From contig DAHWNL010000077.1 of the NCBI GenBank assembly GCA_027339965.1, forward strand, positions 1 through 44,436: a stretch of DNA of 44,436 bases. The letters are read 5' to 3'. A model generated the notes under the pieces. That model ran no database searches and was not told the DNA's origin. It worked only from the letters and a program-made list of their open reading frames with translations. The stretch comes from Granulicella sp. Lineage in GTDB: Bacteria > Acidobacteriota > Terriglobia > Terriglobales > Acidobacteriaceae. Positions 1 to 9,795 of this stretch are shown here, piece after piece. The number at the start of each line of letters is the position of its first letter. Positions within the stretch are counted from its first letter, which is position 1. Both the position numbers and the translations under genes were made by a program.

Positions 1-270
1 ACCTCTTCGCTCCGCTCCAGCAACGCTTCGGCTTCGTCAAGGTGCGCTACCGGGGCCTGGCCAAGAACCTGCACCGGCTCTACACCAGCTTCGCCCTCAT
101 CCACCTCATCACAGCGCAAAAACTGATGGCCGTGCCCGGGCTGTAGTGTGCCCGAAGTACGGAAAACTACACTTGTTCAGAGCGCCAACGCCCAATACCC
201 TAGCAACTCGACCCGAAATTCGACTCAGATTAAGAAATATCAACCCAGCCGATACTTGATCAGAGTCGCC
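1..270 (+). mobile_element. IS5-family insertion sequence, 3' part (left part outside window)
   Basis: Transposase C-terminus at 3-146. IR-like end ACTTGATCAGAGTCGCC (254-270) is followed by CTAG (271-274), the YTAR target typical of the IS5 subgroup. Confidence 0.8.
3..146 (+). CDS. IS5-family transposase, C-terminal fragment (partial at window edge)
   Basis: Frame 3 reads LFAPLQQRFGFVKVRYRGLAKNLHRLYTSFALIHL...PGL*. FGFVKVRYRGLAKN is the characteristic IS5 transposase C-terminal motif. Not in the ORF track. Confidence 0.85.
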   Translation, partial: LFAPLQQRFGFVKVRYRGLAKNLHRLYTSFALIHLITAQKLMAVPGL

Positions 271-336
271 CTAGCGCAGCTTCTGCGGAGTTGAACCTAG
301 GCGTGGTTGCTCCCCCCGGGACCGGCGAGGGAAATC

Positions 337-1776
337 TCAGACGGAGAGCAGGATGCGCAGGTCGCGGAGGTTATTGCCGGTGGGGCCGGTGGTCAGTGTG
401 GCTCCCAGAGTGTCCAGAAAGGGCGAAGAGCGGAAGGTCTCAAGGGCCTGCTGCGCCGCGGCCCGAACTCCGGCAGTGGGCAGGCTGCTCTGGTCGACGA
501 CGGCTCCGGCGCGAGCGCTGTTGCCGTCGATGCCGTCCGAACCGGCCGAGAGGACGGCCACCGGCGGGCCCAGAGGATCCAGACGTGTGGCGGCATAGAG
601 AGCGAAGTGCTGGTTGCGGCCACCACAGCCTTGGGAGAGCAGACGACTGTCGGTAGAGGCTACGGTAATCTCCCCGGCTGAAATCAGGCAGACGCGCGGA
701 TGGCTGCGGCGCAGCTCGCTCAGACGGGAGAGCAGGTAGTCCGCAGCGTCACGGATCTCCCAGTCGTCGCAGGTGTTATCGATGAAGCCATGAAAGCCCA
801 TCTGGGCGGCGTGACGGAGAGCTGCCTGGGCCAGATCGCTGGATTCCAGCAACGTCAACACATGCATGTTCATCGCCGCGGGCTTGGGCGTCTCCACCAG
901 CGCCCTGGAGAGGAAAAACTGCCGCACCGCGGCAGGGAAGCGTTCGAGCAGGTGATGCCGGTTCAGGATCTGGAGGCATTGCTCGACGGTTGTCGTATCC
1001 GGCAAGGTAGGTCCAGAGCCGAGAGCGTCGAGATGGCCGGCGGGCACGTCGGAAACAAGCAGGGAGATGGCTACCGCCCGGCGGGAGAGCAGGCCAAGCC
1101 GCCCGCCTTTGACGGCGGAGAAGTGCTTGCGGACACAGTTGATCTCGGTGATCGAAGCTCCGCTATGCACCAGGACGCGATGAAACGCCAGAGTGTCTTG
1201 CAGCGAGATCGTCGGGTCTAACGGAAGTTCCATCATCGCGGAGGCGCCGCCGCTGAAAAGAAACAGGCAGAGAGTGTCCGCAAAACTGGAGGATGGGCTG
1301 GGAATACTCTGGAGCATCGTCAGAACTGCCTGCGCGGCAGCCAAGGATGCAGCATTGGGCAAGGGATGGCCGCCAGAAAAGAACTGAAAGCCTGGTGGCA
1401 GCGTGGCGGGCGGTGCCGAGGCGATGAGTATCCCCTGCACATCGAAGGCAGCCGGCAAGCGGAGCCCAGCGAGCACAGATGTTAGCATGGCGCTGGCGGC
1501 TTTGCCTGCGGCGACGACACGGACCTGCCGGATCATCCCGAGCCCGACGCGCAGGCGTTGCGAGCCGGGATGGCCGAGCAGGAGCGTGCGCTGGCCTCCG
1601 GGGAGGTCCAGAGTCTGTAACGAACGGCTGACGGCCCGCTCAACGCGACAGTCGGACAGCGCGGAAAAAAAGAGGCTGCGGGCGGCGGAGCAGAGATCCG
1701 GGCCGGCTGGGAGAGTCTGATCCGAGCGGTCCGAGGGTTCACCGCGAAGAGAAGGCGGCTGCGGTGGTTCAATCAT
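337..1776 (-). CDS. Glycerate 2-kinase (class II, DUF4147/MOFRL, TtuD-like)
   Basis: Motifs AAGKAA, HPLP, FSGGASA, KHFSAVKGGRL, SDV, GSGPT, GGRNQH, SDGIDGNS, TGPTGNNLRD. Start set at ATG 1776 (ORF track extends to 1815). Confidence 0.9.
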   Translation of the reverse strand: MIEPPQPPSLRGEPSDRSDQTLPAGPDLCSAARSLFFSALSDCRVERAVSRSLQTLDLPGGQRTLLLGHPGSQRLRVGLGMIRQVRVVAAGKAASAMLTSVLAGLRLPAAFDVQGILIASAPPATLPPGFQFFSGGHPLPNAASLAAAQAVLTMLQSIPSPSSSFADTLCLFLFSGGASAMMELPLDPTISLQDTLAFHRVLVHSGASITEINCVRKHFSAVKGGRLGLLSRRAVAISLLVSDVPAGHLDALGSGPTLPDTTTVEQCLQILNRHHLLERFPAAVRQFFLSRALVETPKPAAMNMHVLTLLESSDLAQAALRHAAQMGFHGFIDNTCDDWEIRDAADYLLSRLSELRRSHPRVCLISAGEITVASTDSRLLSQGCGGRNQHFALYAATRLDPLGPPVAVLSAGSDGIDGNSARAGAVVDQSSLPTAGVRAAAQQALETFRSSPFLDTLGATLTTGPTGNNLRDLRILLSV

Positions 1777-1838
1777 GGTGGACCTATTGAGCCGTGCGGC
1801 GAGTTGCGCTGCCAAGCATTTTGCCGTAAGAGCGAAGA

Positions 1839-2162
1839 TCAGGAGTGCTGGAGCTTGCGGATGTAGCTGATGGCCGCCTTGATCTGCGCTTCGGAGAGTT
1901 TACCGGAGTACGCCGGCATCCTTCCTTTCCCGTTCTTGACCGCCATGATCAGCTCGGCGTCCGAGGCCTTCATCAGTGCAGGACTCTTGAAGGAGAAAGC
2001 TTTGATCGCCCTTCCCGCAGGCGTGTTGCCGGTTCCGTCCCGCCCATGACACATCTGACACTTGGATTGGTAGAGATCCATTCCATTGTTCTGCGCGATT
2101 GCCGGCGTTGCTGCAAGCCCTACCAGGCAGACTGTGGCTGCAACCTTCCAAGTCTTTTTCAT
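1839..2162 (-). CDS. Class I monoheme cytochrome c (c6/c553-like), exported
   Basis: Signal peptide MKKTWKVAA...AIA, heme motif CQMCH, distal Met in GRMPAY. AAGGAG RBS before ATG 2162. Confidence 0.92.
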   Translation of the reverse strand: MKKTWKVAATVCLVGLAATPAIAQNNGMDLYQSKCQMCHGRDGTGNTPAGRAIKAFSFKSPALMKASDAELIMAVKNGKGRMPAYSGKLSEAQIKAAISYIRKLQHS

Positions 2163-2337
2163 AAAAGATCTCCTTGCTTTCTTCCCGCATGCGGCCCAGA
2201 CATCCTTGCGAAGAGAGGGTCCCATATAGCAAAGCACTATACAACGATGCAGGATCGTCGGCAGTGATGGAAGGTATCATCGGAGAGAAGAGCGGGTCTG
2301 ATGGAAAGAGGTCCGTCCGGAAGGAGATCAAGCATCG

Positions 2338-3351
2338 ATGGAAAGACCGATCATCGTGACGGGTGGAGCTGGATTCATCGGGCGCAATACGGTGGCGGAA
2401 CTGAATGCGCGCGGGGAGGACGAGATCATCCTTGTGGATGAACTGGGCAAAGATGAGAAGTGGAAGAATCTGGTCGGTCTTCGGTATGAGGATATTGTCT
2501 CGCCGGAGGAGTTCCTCGGGCTTATTGAAGGAGATGCCTTCTGTAATGCGCGATCTGTCATTCATCTGGGTGCGTGCAGTTCCACCACGGAGCAGGATGC
2601 AAGCTTCCTGCTACGCAACAACTACCAGTTCACGCGCGTGCTTTGCAACTGGGCGAGGGCCAACGAGATCCGTTTTGTCTACGCTTCCAGCGCAGCCACG
2701 TATGGCGATGGGAGCCGCGGCTATGATGACTCTGATGCGGCAACCGGCTTGTTACGACCGCTCAATATGTACGGCTACTCCAAACACATGTTTGATCTTT
2801 GGGCGCTGAAGCATCACCTGTTTCACGCAGTTCCGGACCGGGCCCCTGACGCGGCAACCGGAAACATCGTCGGGCTGAAGTACTTCAACGTCTATGGCCC
2901 CTATGAGGATCACAAGGGAGATATGCGCTCGGTCGTCTCCAAAAGCTATCGGCAGATTCGCGAAGGCGGCATGGTCCAGCTGTTCAAGAGCTATCGGCCG
3001 GAGTACCAGGACGGAGAGCAGATGCGCGACTTTATCTATGTGAAGGACGCGGTGGATGTGACCCTGCACTTTGCCTTGCAACCGGCCGAGGCCCCGGGCG
3101 GACTGTTCAACTGCGGAACCGGAAGGGCTCGGACCTGGGTGGATCTGGCGCGGGCGGTCTTTGCGGCGATGGGCGTCCCGCTTGGAATCGATTTCGTAGA
3201 GATGCCGTCGGGGTTGCGGGGCAAGTACCAGTACTTCACCCAGGCCGATGACCGCAAGTTGCGTGCGGCCGGATATAGCCGGACGTTTACCAGCCTGGAG
3301 GACGGCGTGCGAGAGTACATTACCGAATACTACCTTCCGCAGGAGAAGTGA
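2338..3351 (+). CDS. hldD: ADP-L-glycero-D-manno-heptose 6-epimerase
   Basis: TGGAGFIG, HLGACSSTTE, YASSAATYG, PLNMYGYSK, YFNVYGP.E.HKGDMRS, RDFIYVKD, KYQYFTQAD. Confidence 0.95.
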   Translation: MERPIIVTGGAGFIGRNTVAELNARGEDEIILVDELGKDEKWKNLVGLRYEDIVSPEEFLGLIEGDAFCNARSVIHLGACSSTTEQDASFLLRNNYQFTRVLCNWARANEIRFVYASSAATYGDGSRGYDDSDAATGLLRPLNMYGYSKHMFDLWALKHHLFHAVPDRAPDAATGNIVGLKYFNVYGPYEDHKGDMRSVVSKSYRQIREGGMVQLFKSYRPEYQDGEQMRDFIYVKDAVDVTLHFALQPAEAPGGLFNCGTGRARTWVDLARAVFAAMGVPLGIDFVEMPSGLRGKYQYFTQADDRKLRAAGYSRTFTSLEDGVREYITEYYLPQEK

Positions 3352-3417
3352 GCTTTTTGCCTTGTCTTGTGGTTGGTGTTCTCTTGGAGGACGGGACGGG
3401 GTATGCTGGCCAATGTG

Positions 3418-3936
3418 ATGCAGAGAAGCAAGAAGACCAAGGTCATCTATCCCGGGACCTTCGACCCGTTGACCAACGGCCACCTGGATCTGATTGCCCG
3501 CGCGGCCAAGATCGTGGATGAGCTTGTGGTTGCGGTGCATCGCAACTCTGAGCGCGGAGGGTCGGGCAAGGGCAAGCCTCTGTTCACGTTTCTGGAGCGG
3601 GAACAGATGCTGCGCGAGGCCACGGCCGAGATTCCCAACGTCTGGGTAACCACCTTCGACGGTCTGCTGGTGGACTTCGCGAAGGCGCTGGGCGCCAAGG
3701 CGGTGTTGCGTGGCATTCGTGCGGTCTCCGACTATGAGTACGAGCTGCAGATGGCGATGATGAACCGCAAACTCGATCCTGAGATCGAGACGTTATTCAT
3801 GATTCCCGGGGAGCGCTACACCTATGTGAGCTCCCGTCTGGTGAAAGGCGTCTTTGAGCTGGGCGGAGATGTCAGCAGCATGGTGCCGCCCAACGTCGTA
3901 CAGCGGCTCAAACGCAAGGCGCTGGGAGAGCCCTGA
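3418..3936 (+). CDS. coaD: Phosphopantetheine adenylyltransferase
   Basis: YPGTFDPLTNGHLD, RGIRAVSDYEYELQMA, SSRLVK. Start uncertain (3403 or 3418). Confidence 0.96.
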   Translation: MQRSKKTKVIYPGTFDPLTNGHLDLIARAAKIVDELVVAVHRNSERGGSGKGKPLFTFLEREQMLREATAEIPNVWVTTFDGLLVDFAKALGAKAVLRGIRAVSDYEYELQMAMMNRKLDPEIETLFMIPGERYTYVSSRLVKGVFELGGDVSSMVPPNVVQRLKRKALGEP

Positions 3937-4233
3937 AGAGTCCGGAGGACCGACCTTCAGCGCCCGCCGCAGGAACGTTTTGGGCGAGAGATGATCCGGG
4001 CAGCGAGCAGGATGGACTCCCTGTGAACTCCGAAGGTGGGACGGCGCGGCCCTGAGTCGGGGTCGACTGGGTAGGGATAGCCCGAAGCTGTGTAGGCATC
4101 CCGAGCGGCCCGGCCGGACAAGGGAGGCCGGCGCGCAGAGCATCCTTCGGGGTGGAAGGCGGGAAGAGGGGCTCGGCTTTTGCTCCGCTATTCAACCCTT
4201 TTCCTTCCTGAGGAAATCTGAAAGACTTGAAGT

Positions 4234-5430
4234 ATGACCACTGCTATCGCCCCAAAAGTTCTCACCGATCGGATCAACCGGATTGAAGTTTCCGCCACCA
4301 TGGCCATCACCGCCGAGGCGCTCAAGCTGAAGGCACAGGGGATTGATATGGCGGACTTTGGCGCTGGAGAGCCCCACTTCTCTACACCGCAGCACATCAA
4401 GACGGCGGCGATTCAGGCCATTGAAAAGAACTTCACCCGCTACACCGCGGTGGCCGGCACGCCGGAGGTGCGGAAGGCGATTGTGGACCGCCATTCCGCG
4501 GATTTCGGCAGCCGTTACTCGGTGGAGGAGTGCGTCTTCACCACTGGGGGAAAGCTGGCGCTCTTCAACTCGATCCAAGTGCTGGTGGATCATGGCGATG
4601 AAGTGATTCTGCCGGTTCCGTACTGGGTCAGCTTCAAGGACATCATTGAGTACGCGGGTGGCAAAGTGGTTTATGTCAAAAGCGACGAGCGAGAGAACTT
4701 CCGCATCACGGCGCGGATGATCGAGCAGGCGATTACGCCGCGCACCAAGGCGATTGTACTGAATACGCCGTCGAATCCTTCCGGAGCGGTGGTAAGCCCG
4801 GAGGATCTGGAGGCGATCGTCCATCTTGCCCATCAGCGGGGCATTTATTTGTTGCTAGACGAGTGTTACGTGTATCTGAACTACACCGGCAAGATTGTCA
4901 GCGGAGCTTCATGGCTGGAGTGCAAGGAGCATGTGGTGGTTCTCGGGTCGCTCTCCAAAACCTACGCGATGACGGGCTGGCGAGCCGGCTTTGCGCTGGG
5001 CCCCAAGCAGGTGATCGGGGCGATGAGCAAGCTGCAGTCGCAGAGCACCTCGAATGCGGCTAGCATGGTGCAGCAGGCTTCCATTGCAGCTCTCACCAGT
5101 TCGCAGGAGTGTGTGGCCGAGATGCGCTCGGATTACATCCGGCTGCGAGACCGCGTGCTGAGCGGACTGGAGTCGATTCCTGGCCTGGAGTGCACCCGGC
5201 CTGAGGGTGCGTTTTATGTCTACCCCAATGTGAGCGCATTTCTGGGCAAAGGCGGCATCCAGACCACCTCTGACTTGGCCGCAAAGCTGCTGAAAGAGGC
5301 GCATGTCGTCGTGGTGCCAGGTGAGGCATTTGGCACCGGGGAGCATATTCGGCTCTGTTACGCGGTCTCCAGCGAGGTGATCGACAAGGGGGTCGAGCGC
5401 CTGAGAGCGTATCTCGCAAAATTGAACTGA
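4234..5430 (+). CDS. PLP-dependent class I aminotransferase (aspartate aminotransferase-like)
   Basis: GAGEP, PYWVSF, NTPSNPSG, DECY, SLSKTYAMTGWRAG (PLP lysine), PEGAFY. Confidence 0.93.
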   Translation: MTTAIAPKVLTDRINRIEVSATMAITAEALKLKAQGIDMADFGAGEPHFSTPQHIKTAAIQAIEKNFTRYTAVAGTPEVRKAIVDRHSADFGSRYSVEECVFTTGGKLALFNSIQVLVDHGDEVILPVPYWVSFKDIIEYAGGKVVYVKSDERENFRITARMIEQAITPRTKAIVLNTPSNPSGAVVSPEDLEAIVHLAHQRGIYLLLDECYVYLNYTGKIVSGASWLECKEHVVVLGSLSKTYAMTGWRAGFALGPKQVIGAMSKLQSQSTSNAASMVQQASIAALTSSQECVAEMRSDYIRLRDRVLSGLESIPGLECTRPEGAFYVYPNVSAFLGKGGIQTTSDLAAKLLKEAHVVVVPGEAFGTGEHIRLCYAVSSEVIDKGVERLRAYLAKLN

Positions 5431-5499
5431 AGGAAGCTTGCCCAGACTGTCTGATCGGAAGTGAACAGGGATGGTCTGAGCAACTTTGGATGGAGGCGT

Positions 5500-6648
5500 A
5501 TGTCTTCAGGGACGACGAAGGTCCACCATCCCTTTGCCGCCGTGGTGCTGGCCGGCGGAAGCGGGACCAGGTTCTGGCCGCGCAGCCGCAAGGCTCAGGC
5601 CAAGCAGGTTTTGCGGCTGGATGGTGAGCGGAGCATGATTCAGCAGACGGTTGCCCGCCTGGAAGACGTCATGCAAAACGATGCGGTGTGGGTGATCACG
5701 AACGATCTGCTCTCTCCTACCATTGAGCAACAGCTTCCAGCGATTCCGCGCGAGCGCATCCTGTGTGAGCCGGAGGCGCGCAATACGGCTCCGGCCTGCG
5801 CGTTGGCCGCGTTTCTGCTGGAAAGGGAGGATCCACAGACGGTGATTGGGATCTTTCCCTCAGACCATACCATCGGGGACGTAGCCCGCTTTCACATGAT
5901 TCTCCGTGCCGGCATCAAGCTGGCCGCCTCCGGCGCCAGGATCGTGGTGCTGGGGGTTCCCCCCACCCGCGCTGAGACCGGCTACGGATATATCGAGCTT
6001 GGTGCGGCGGTGCCCCCGACGAGCGTCGGCGGAGAGTCGATTCCGGTGCGTCGGGTGCGGCGCTTCACAGAGAAGCCCGATCGAGAGCGTGCGAGGGGCT
6101 TTCTGCGCTCCGGAAACTATACCTGGAACAGCGGCATGTTTTTGTGGAGCGCGCAGACCCTTGCCGATGCCATCCGCGAGCATGCCCCGAAGATGGCGCC
6201 CCTGCTGGAAAAAATCGCTGCGGCTTGGAGAACTCCCCGGTTTGAACAGGTATATCGGGAGCTCTACCCGCAGTGCGAGTCCATCTCGATTGACTATGCC
6301 GTGCTGGAGCCGCGCTCGGCCAAGGGAGAGCGCGATTCTGAGCTTTACTGCCTGCCCGCGGATTTTGCCTGGAACGATCTAGGAAGCTGGGCGGCGCTGC
6401 ACGAGTTTCTGGCCGAAAGTCACCCCTGCCCCAACCAGAACGTGATCGATTCGGCCGGCAGCGTGCAGATTGAATCCAATGGCTGTTACGTTTTTGCGCC
6501 AGGAAAGACGGTAGCCTTGGTGGGAGTGCAGGATATCGTGGCGGTCGAGACCGGCGACGCGCTGCTGATTACCACGCGCGAAGGTTCGCAGGATGTGGGC
6601 AAAGTGGTGAAGGAGCTCCAGAGCCGGGGCAGAACGGATCTGATTTGA
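5500..6648 (+). CDS. manC: Mannose-1-phosphate guanylyltransferase
   Basis: LAGGSGTRFWP.SR, EPEARNTAPA, PSDH, TGYGYIE, FTEKP, WNSGMF, SIDYAVLE, WNDLGSW. GGAGG RBS before ATG 5500. No C-terminal PMI domain. Confidence 0.92.
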   Translation: MSSGTTKVHHPFAAVVLAGGSGTRFWPRSRKAQAKQVLRLDGERSMIQQTVARLEDVMQNDAVWVITNDLLSPTIEQQLPAIPRERILCEPEARNTAPACALAAFLLEREDPQTVIGIFPSDHTIGDVARFHMILRAGIKLAASGARIVVLGVPPTRAETGYGYIELGAAVPPTSVGGESIPVRRVRRFTEKPDRERARGFLRSGNYTWNSGMFLWSAQTLADAIREHAPKMAPLLEKIAAAWRTPRFEQVYRELYPQCESISIDYAVLEPRSAKGERDSELYCLPADFAWNDLGSWAALHEFLAESHPCPNQNVIDSAGSVQIESNGCYVFAPGKTVALVGVQDIVAVETGDALLITTREGSQDVGKVVKELQSRGRTDLI

Positions 6649-8078
6649 ATACAGTAGTGAAGTTTGGAACCGACGGCTGGCGAGGCATCATCGCCGATGA
6701 TTTTACCTATGAGAACGTGCGGGTAGCCGCCCGCGCCATCGCGCTGTATGTGCTGCGGCATGAGACGGCGCAGGCGGGTGTTTGCATCGGATACGATACG
6801 CGATTCGGCTCGCGCTCCTTTGCGCGTGTGGTGGCTGAGGTGCTCTCCGGCGCTGGAATTCCCGTCGCGCTCTCCGGCAAAGTGACGCCAACTCCGGAGC
6901 TGTCATTCGCTGTGAGGAGCCGCAAGGCTGCGGGAGGGGTGATGATCACCTCTAGCCACAATCCGGCGGAGTGGAACGGGGTGAAGTACAAGGCCAGCTA
7001 TGGAGGCTCGGGAAGTCCGGCGATCATCGCCGCGATTGAGAGCTACCTGCTACAGAGCCTGCCCGTGGCTGTGACCACAGGACAGATCGAGGAGGTGGAC
7101 TTCTCGCCCCCCTACATCGCCGCCCTGGAGTCGTTTGTGGATCTGGCCGCAATCCGTCGATCCGGCTATCGCTTCCTGATCGATACCATGTACGGCGCCG
7201 GCCAAGGCTACGTGGCGGGAATCTTCGGGCGCGCGGGCATACCGTGCGTGGAGTTTCGCAGCGAACAGAATCCTGCGTTTCCCGGGATCAACCCGGAGCC
7301 CATTTTGCCTCACATTGCCGCTACGCAGAGAGCGGTGGTGGCCGAGCGCTGCGATGCCGGGTTGATCACCGACGGCGATGCCGACCGGATTGGAGCCGTG
7401 GACGAAAATGGCAACGTCGTAGACGCGCACAAGATCTATGCCGTGATTCTGGACTGGCTGCTGCGCCGCAAGAAGTGGCCGGGCGATGTGACCCGGGCCT
7501 TCAATACCACCCGGATGCTGGACCGCATTGCTGCCCGCCATGGGCGCAGGCTGCTGGAGCACGGCATCGGTTTCAAGCATGTGGTGGATCTGATGCGGCA
7601 GCGGGAGATTCTGATCGGCGGTGAGGAGTCGGGCGGCGTCGGCATCAGCCGTCACCTGCCGGAGCGCGATGGTCTGTTGAACAGCTTGTTGATTGCGAAC
7701 GTGATGGCCGACGAACAGAAGACGCTGGGAGAGCTGGTGGCAACCTTGCAGGCCGAGTACGGTGAGCATCAGTATGGCCGAATCGATATGCATATCCCGG
7801 AGGAGGTGAAGCAGTCTGCGATTGGCCGCGCGAGCTCCGGGTTGAGTGAGATTGCCGGACGGAAGGTGCTGCGCACGGAGAGGCTGGACGGGATCAAGTT
7901 TTTTCTGGAGAACCCTGCCTGTGCGGACAAACCCCACCCGGCCGAGACCTGGCTGCTGCTGCGGGCCAGCGGCACGGAGCCACTGCTCCGTGTCTACTGC
8001 GAGAGTTGCAGCATGGAGAGCGTGCGCCAAATCCTGGGGGCGGCCCGGGAGTTTGTGCTGGCGGGGGGCGGAGCGTGA
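6645..8078 (+). CDS. Phosphomannomutase/phosphoglucomutase
   Basis: FGTDGWRG, TSSHNP (phosphoserine), DGDADR (metal loop), GGEESGG, RASGTEP. TTG start overlaps the manC stop (TTGA). Confidence 0.95.
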   Translation: MNTVVKFGTDGWRGIIADDFTYENVRVAARAIALYVLRHETAQAGVCIGYDTRFGSRSFARVVAEVLSGAGIPVALSGKVTPTPELSFAVRSRKAAGGVMITSSHNPAEWNGVKYKASYGGSGSPAIIAAIESYLLQSLPVAVTTGQIEEVDFSPPYIAALESFVDLAAIRRSGYRFLIDTMYGAGQGYVAGIFGRAGIPCVEFRSEQNPAFPGINPEPILPHIAATQRAVVAERCDAGLITDGDADRIGAVDENGNVVDAHKIYAVILDWLLRRKKWPGDVTRAFNTTRMLDRIAARHGRRLLEHGIGFKHVVDLMRQREILIGGEESGGVGISRHLPERDGLLNSLLIANVMADEQKTLGELVATLQAEYGEHQYGRIDMHIPEEVKQSAIGRASSGLSEIAGRKVLRTERLDGIKFFLENPACADKPHPAETWLLLRASGTEPLLRVYCESCSMESVRQILGAAREFVLAGGGA

Positions 8079-8746
8079 GCCGCTGGGTGCGGCTTGAGGC
8101 GGCCGGGATTCTGTTCGATATGGATGGGGTGCTGATCAGTTCCATCAGCAGTGTGAATCGGTCCTGGAGGCGCTGGGCGGAGCACTATGGCCTGGCCCAT
8201 GCCGCCACATTGTCGGTGCCCCATGGAACGCGAGCCATCGACATCGTCGGCAAACTGAAGCCCGATTTGGATGTTCTGGAGGGGCTGCGCCTGATTGAGC
8301 AGATGGAGATCGAGGACGAGGAGGGGGTCCATGCCCTGCCGGGAGTTTGCGCCCTGCTGGAGACCCTGCCCTCGGGGCGCTGGACGATTGTCACCTCGGC
8401 GACCTTCCGACTGATGCTGGCGAGATTGAAGGCGGCCGAGCTTCCGGTTCCGGAGCAGGTCATCTGTGCGGAGTCAGTGGAGCGGGGTAAGCCGGATCCG
8501 GAGCCGTACCGACGCGGAGCACATCTGATCCGTGCCGTTCCCGGCGATTGCATTGTGGTGGAAGACGCACCCAGCGGCGTCGCCGCGGGCGTTGCCGCCG
8601 GTTGCCGGGTGCTGGGGGTGTTGGGAACCCACGAGGAAGCGGAACTGCGGTCCATGGGCGCAAACTGGGTGGTCCGGTCGCTGGAGGATCTTCGTGCCGA
8701 GGCTGGCCCGCAGGGCGTGGTCTTAGGGCTGAAGGAGTTTGGATAG
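8075..8746 (+). CDS. HAD-superfamily sugar-phosphate phosphatase (YfbT/HxpA-like)
   Basis: FDMDGVL, VTSA, GKPDPEPY, VEDAPSG. GTG start overlaps the upstream stop (GTGA). Confidence 0.9.
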   Translation: MSRWVRLEAAGILFDMDGVLISSISSVNRSWRRWAEHYGLAHAATLSVPHGTRAIDIVGKLKPDLDVLEGLRLIEQMEIEDEEGVHALPGVCALLETLPSGRWTIVTSATFRLMLARLKAAELPVPEQVICAESVERGKPDPEPYRRGAHLIRAVPGDCIVVEDAPSGVAAGVAAGCRVLGVLGTHEEAELRSMGANWVVRSLEDLRAEAGPQGVVLGLKEFG

Positions 8747-8897
8747 AGATCTGTCACGCGGGGGAGACGGGGTAGGGTTGACGCCGACGCGACGGTGAGA
8801 GTTGTTCCACAAGCACTGTGCGTCCAAACCGTTCCCCTCCATGGGATGCCGCCAACAGGCAGCGGAGCGAAACAGGCTGAATACGGAAACATTCATC

Positions 8898-8930
8898 CTG
8901 GAAGCGCTCTGGAATCGCTCTGGAACCGCT
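8898..8930. repeat. Three tandem 11-bp repeats CTGGAAnCGCT
   Basis: CTGGAAGCGCT-CTGGAATCGCT-CTGGAACCGCT, read directly in the HAD/kdsB intergenic gap. Confidence 0.85.
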
Positions 8931-9042
8931 CCAGCGCCCTTTCGCTCGTGCTGAAAGGGAGCCGGCGCTTGGCCGGCGGACGGGGGGGATGGCCGCCGCC
9001 GGCCCAGGAGGACGCTGCAAGGGCTGCTCTGCCTTTGCTGTT

Positions 9043-9795
9043 TCAGGGTCTTTCCGGTTTGCGTTGCAGCAGAATTTCTTCCACCCGCCGCAGGTCGCCT
9101 TCCGTATCCACGCCGATCGTGTCGTGCTCGGTCTCAGCCACATGGATGTCGATGCCGTTCTCCAACAGCCGGAGCTGCTCCAGCCGCTCGCAGATCTCCA
9201 GATGGCTGGGACGGAGAGAGGCAAAGCGCTCCAGCGCCGCCTTGCGATAGGCATACAGCCCCAGGTGCTTCCAGTAGGTTGCGCCGCCAGCTGCGTCGCG
9301 ATCGAAGGGAATCGTGGCCCTTGAAAAGTAGAGGGCCCGTCCGTCCAACGCGGTGACAACCTTGACCGAATTGGGATTGGAGATCTCCTCCGGAGAGCAG
9401 CGCACCTTGGGAGTGGTCACCTGCACGTGTGGCGCGGTAAACAGGTCAAGGATCGCTTGGATGTGGCTGGGGAGCAGCAGCGGCTCGTCTCCTTGAATGT
9501 TCACGTAGATATCAGCCTCCACCAGGCGGGAGACCGCGTGCAGGCGGTCGGTTCCGCTGGGAAGCTCGGGCGAGGTCATCAGGCAGTTCCAGCCCCGCCG
9601 CGAGCACTCCTGGTGTACCTCCAGCGAGTCCGTGGCGACGATCACCTGATCCAGCCCCGCGCACTGCTGCGCCGCGCGATAGACCCAGGCCAGCATGGGT
9701 TCGCCGGCTATTTGGCGTAAGACCTTGCGGGGAAGACGGGTGGAGGCCAGACGTGCAGGAATCACGCCTATGATGCGCGGAGTGTGAGAGCTCAT
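9043..9795 (-). CDS. kdsB: 3-deoxy-manno-octulosonate cytidylyltransferase (CMP-Kdo synthetase)
   Basis: IPARLASTRLPRK, SGTDR, NIQGDEP, ALYFSRA.IP, HLGLYAY, ERLEQLRLLENG, VDT. Confidence 0.96.
   Translation of the reverse strand: MSSHTPRIIGVIPARLASTRLPRKVLRQIAGEPMLAWVYRAAQQCAGLDQVIVATDSLEVHQECSRRGWNCLMTSPELPSGTDRLHAVSRLVEADIYVNIQGDEPLLLPSHIQAILDLFTAPHVQVTTPKVRCSPEEISNPNSVKVVTALDGRALYFSRATIPFDRDAAGGATYWKHLGLYAYRKAALERFASLRPSHLEICERLEQLRLLENGIDIHVAETEHDTIGVDTEGDLRRVEEILLQRKPERP

Noticed and set aside
3937..4233. ncRNA in the roughly 300-bp coaD-aminotransferase gap
   Set aside because: Only short GC-rich hairpins (e.g. CATCC-TTCG-GGGTG); no match I can recognise to 6S, SRP, RNase P, tmRNA or a riboswitch. 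An Rfam scan would settle it.
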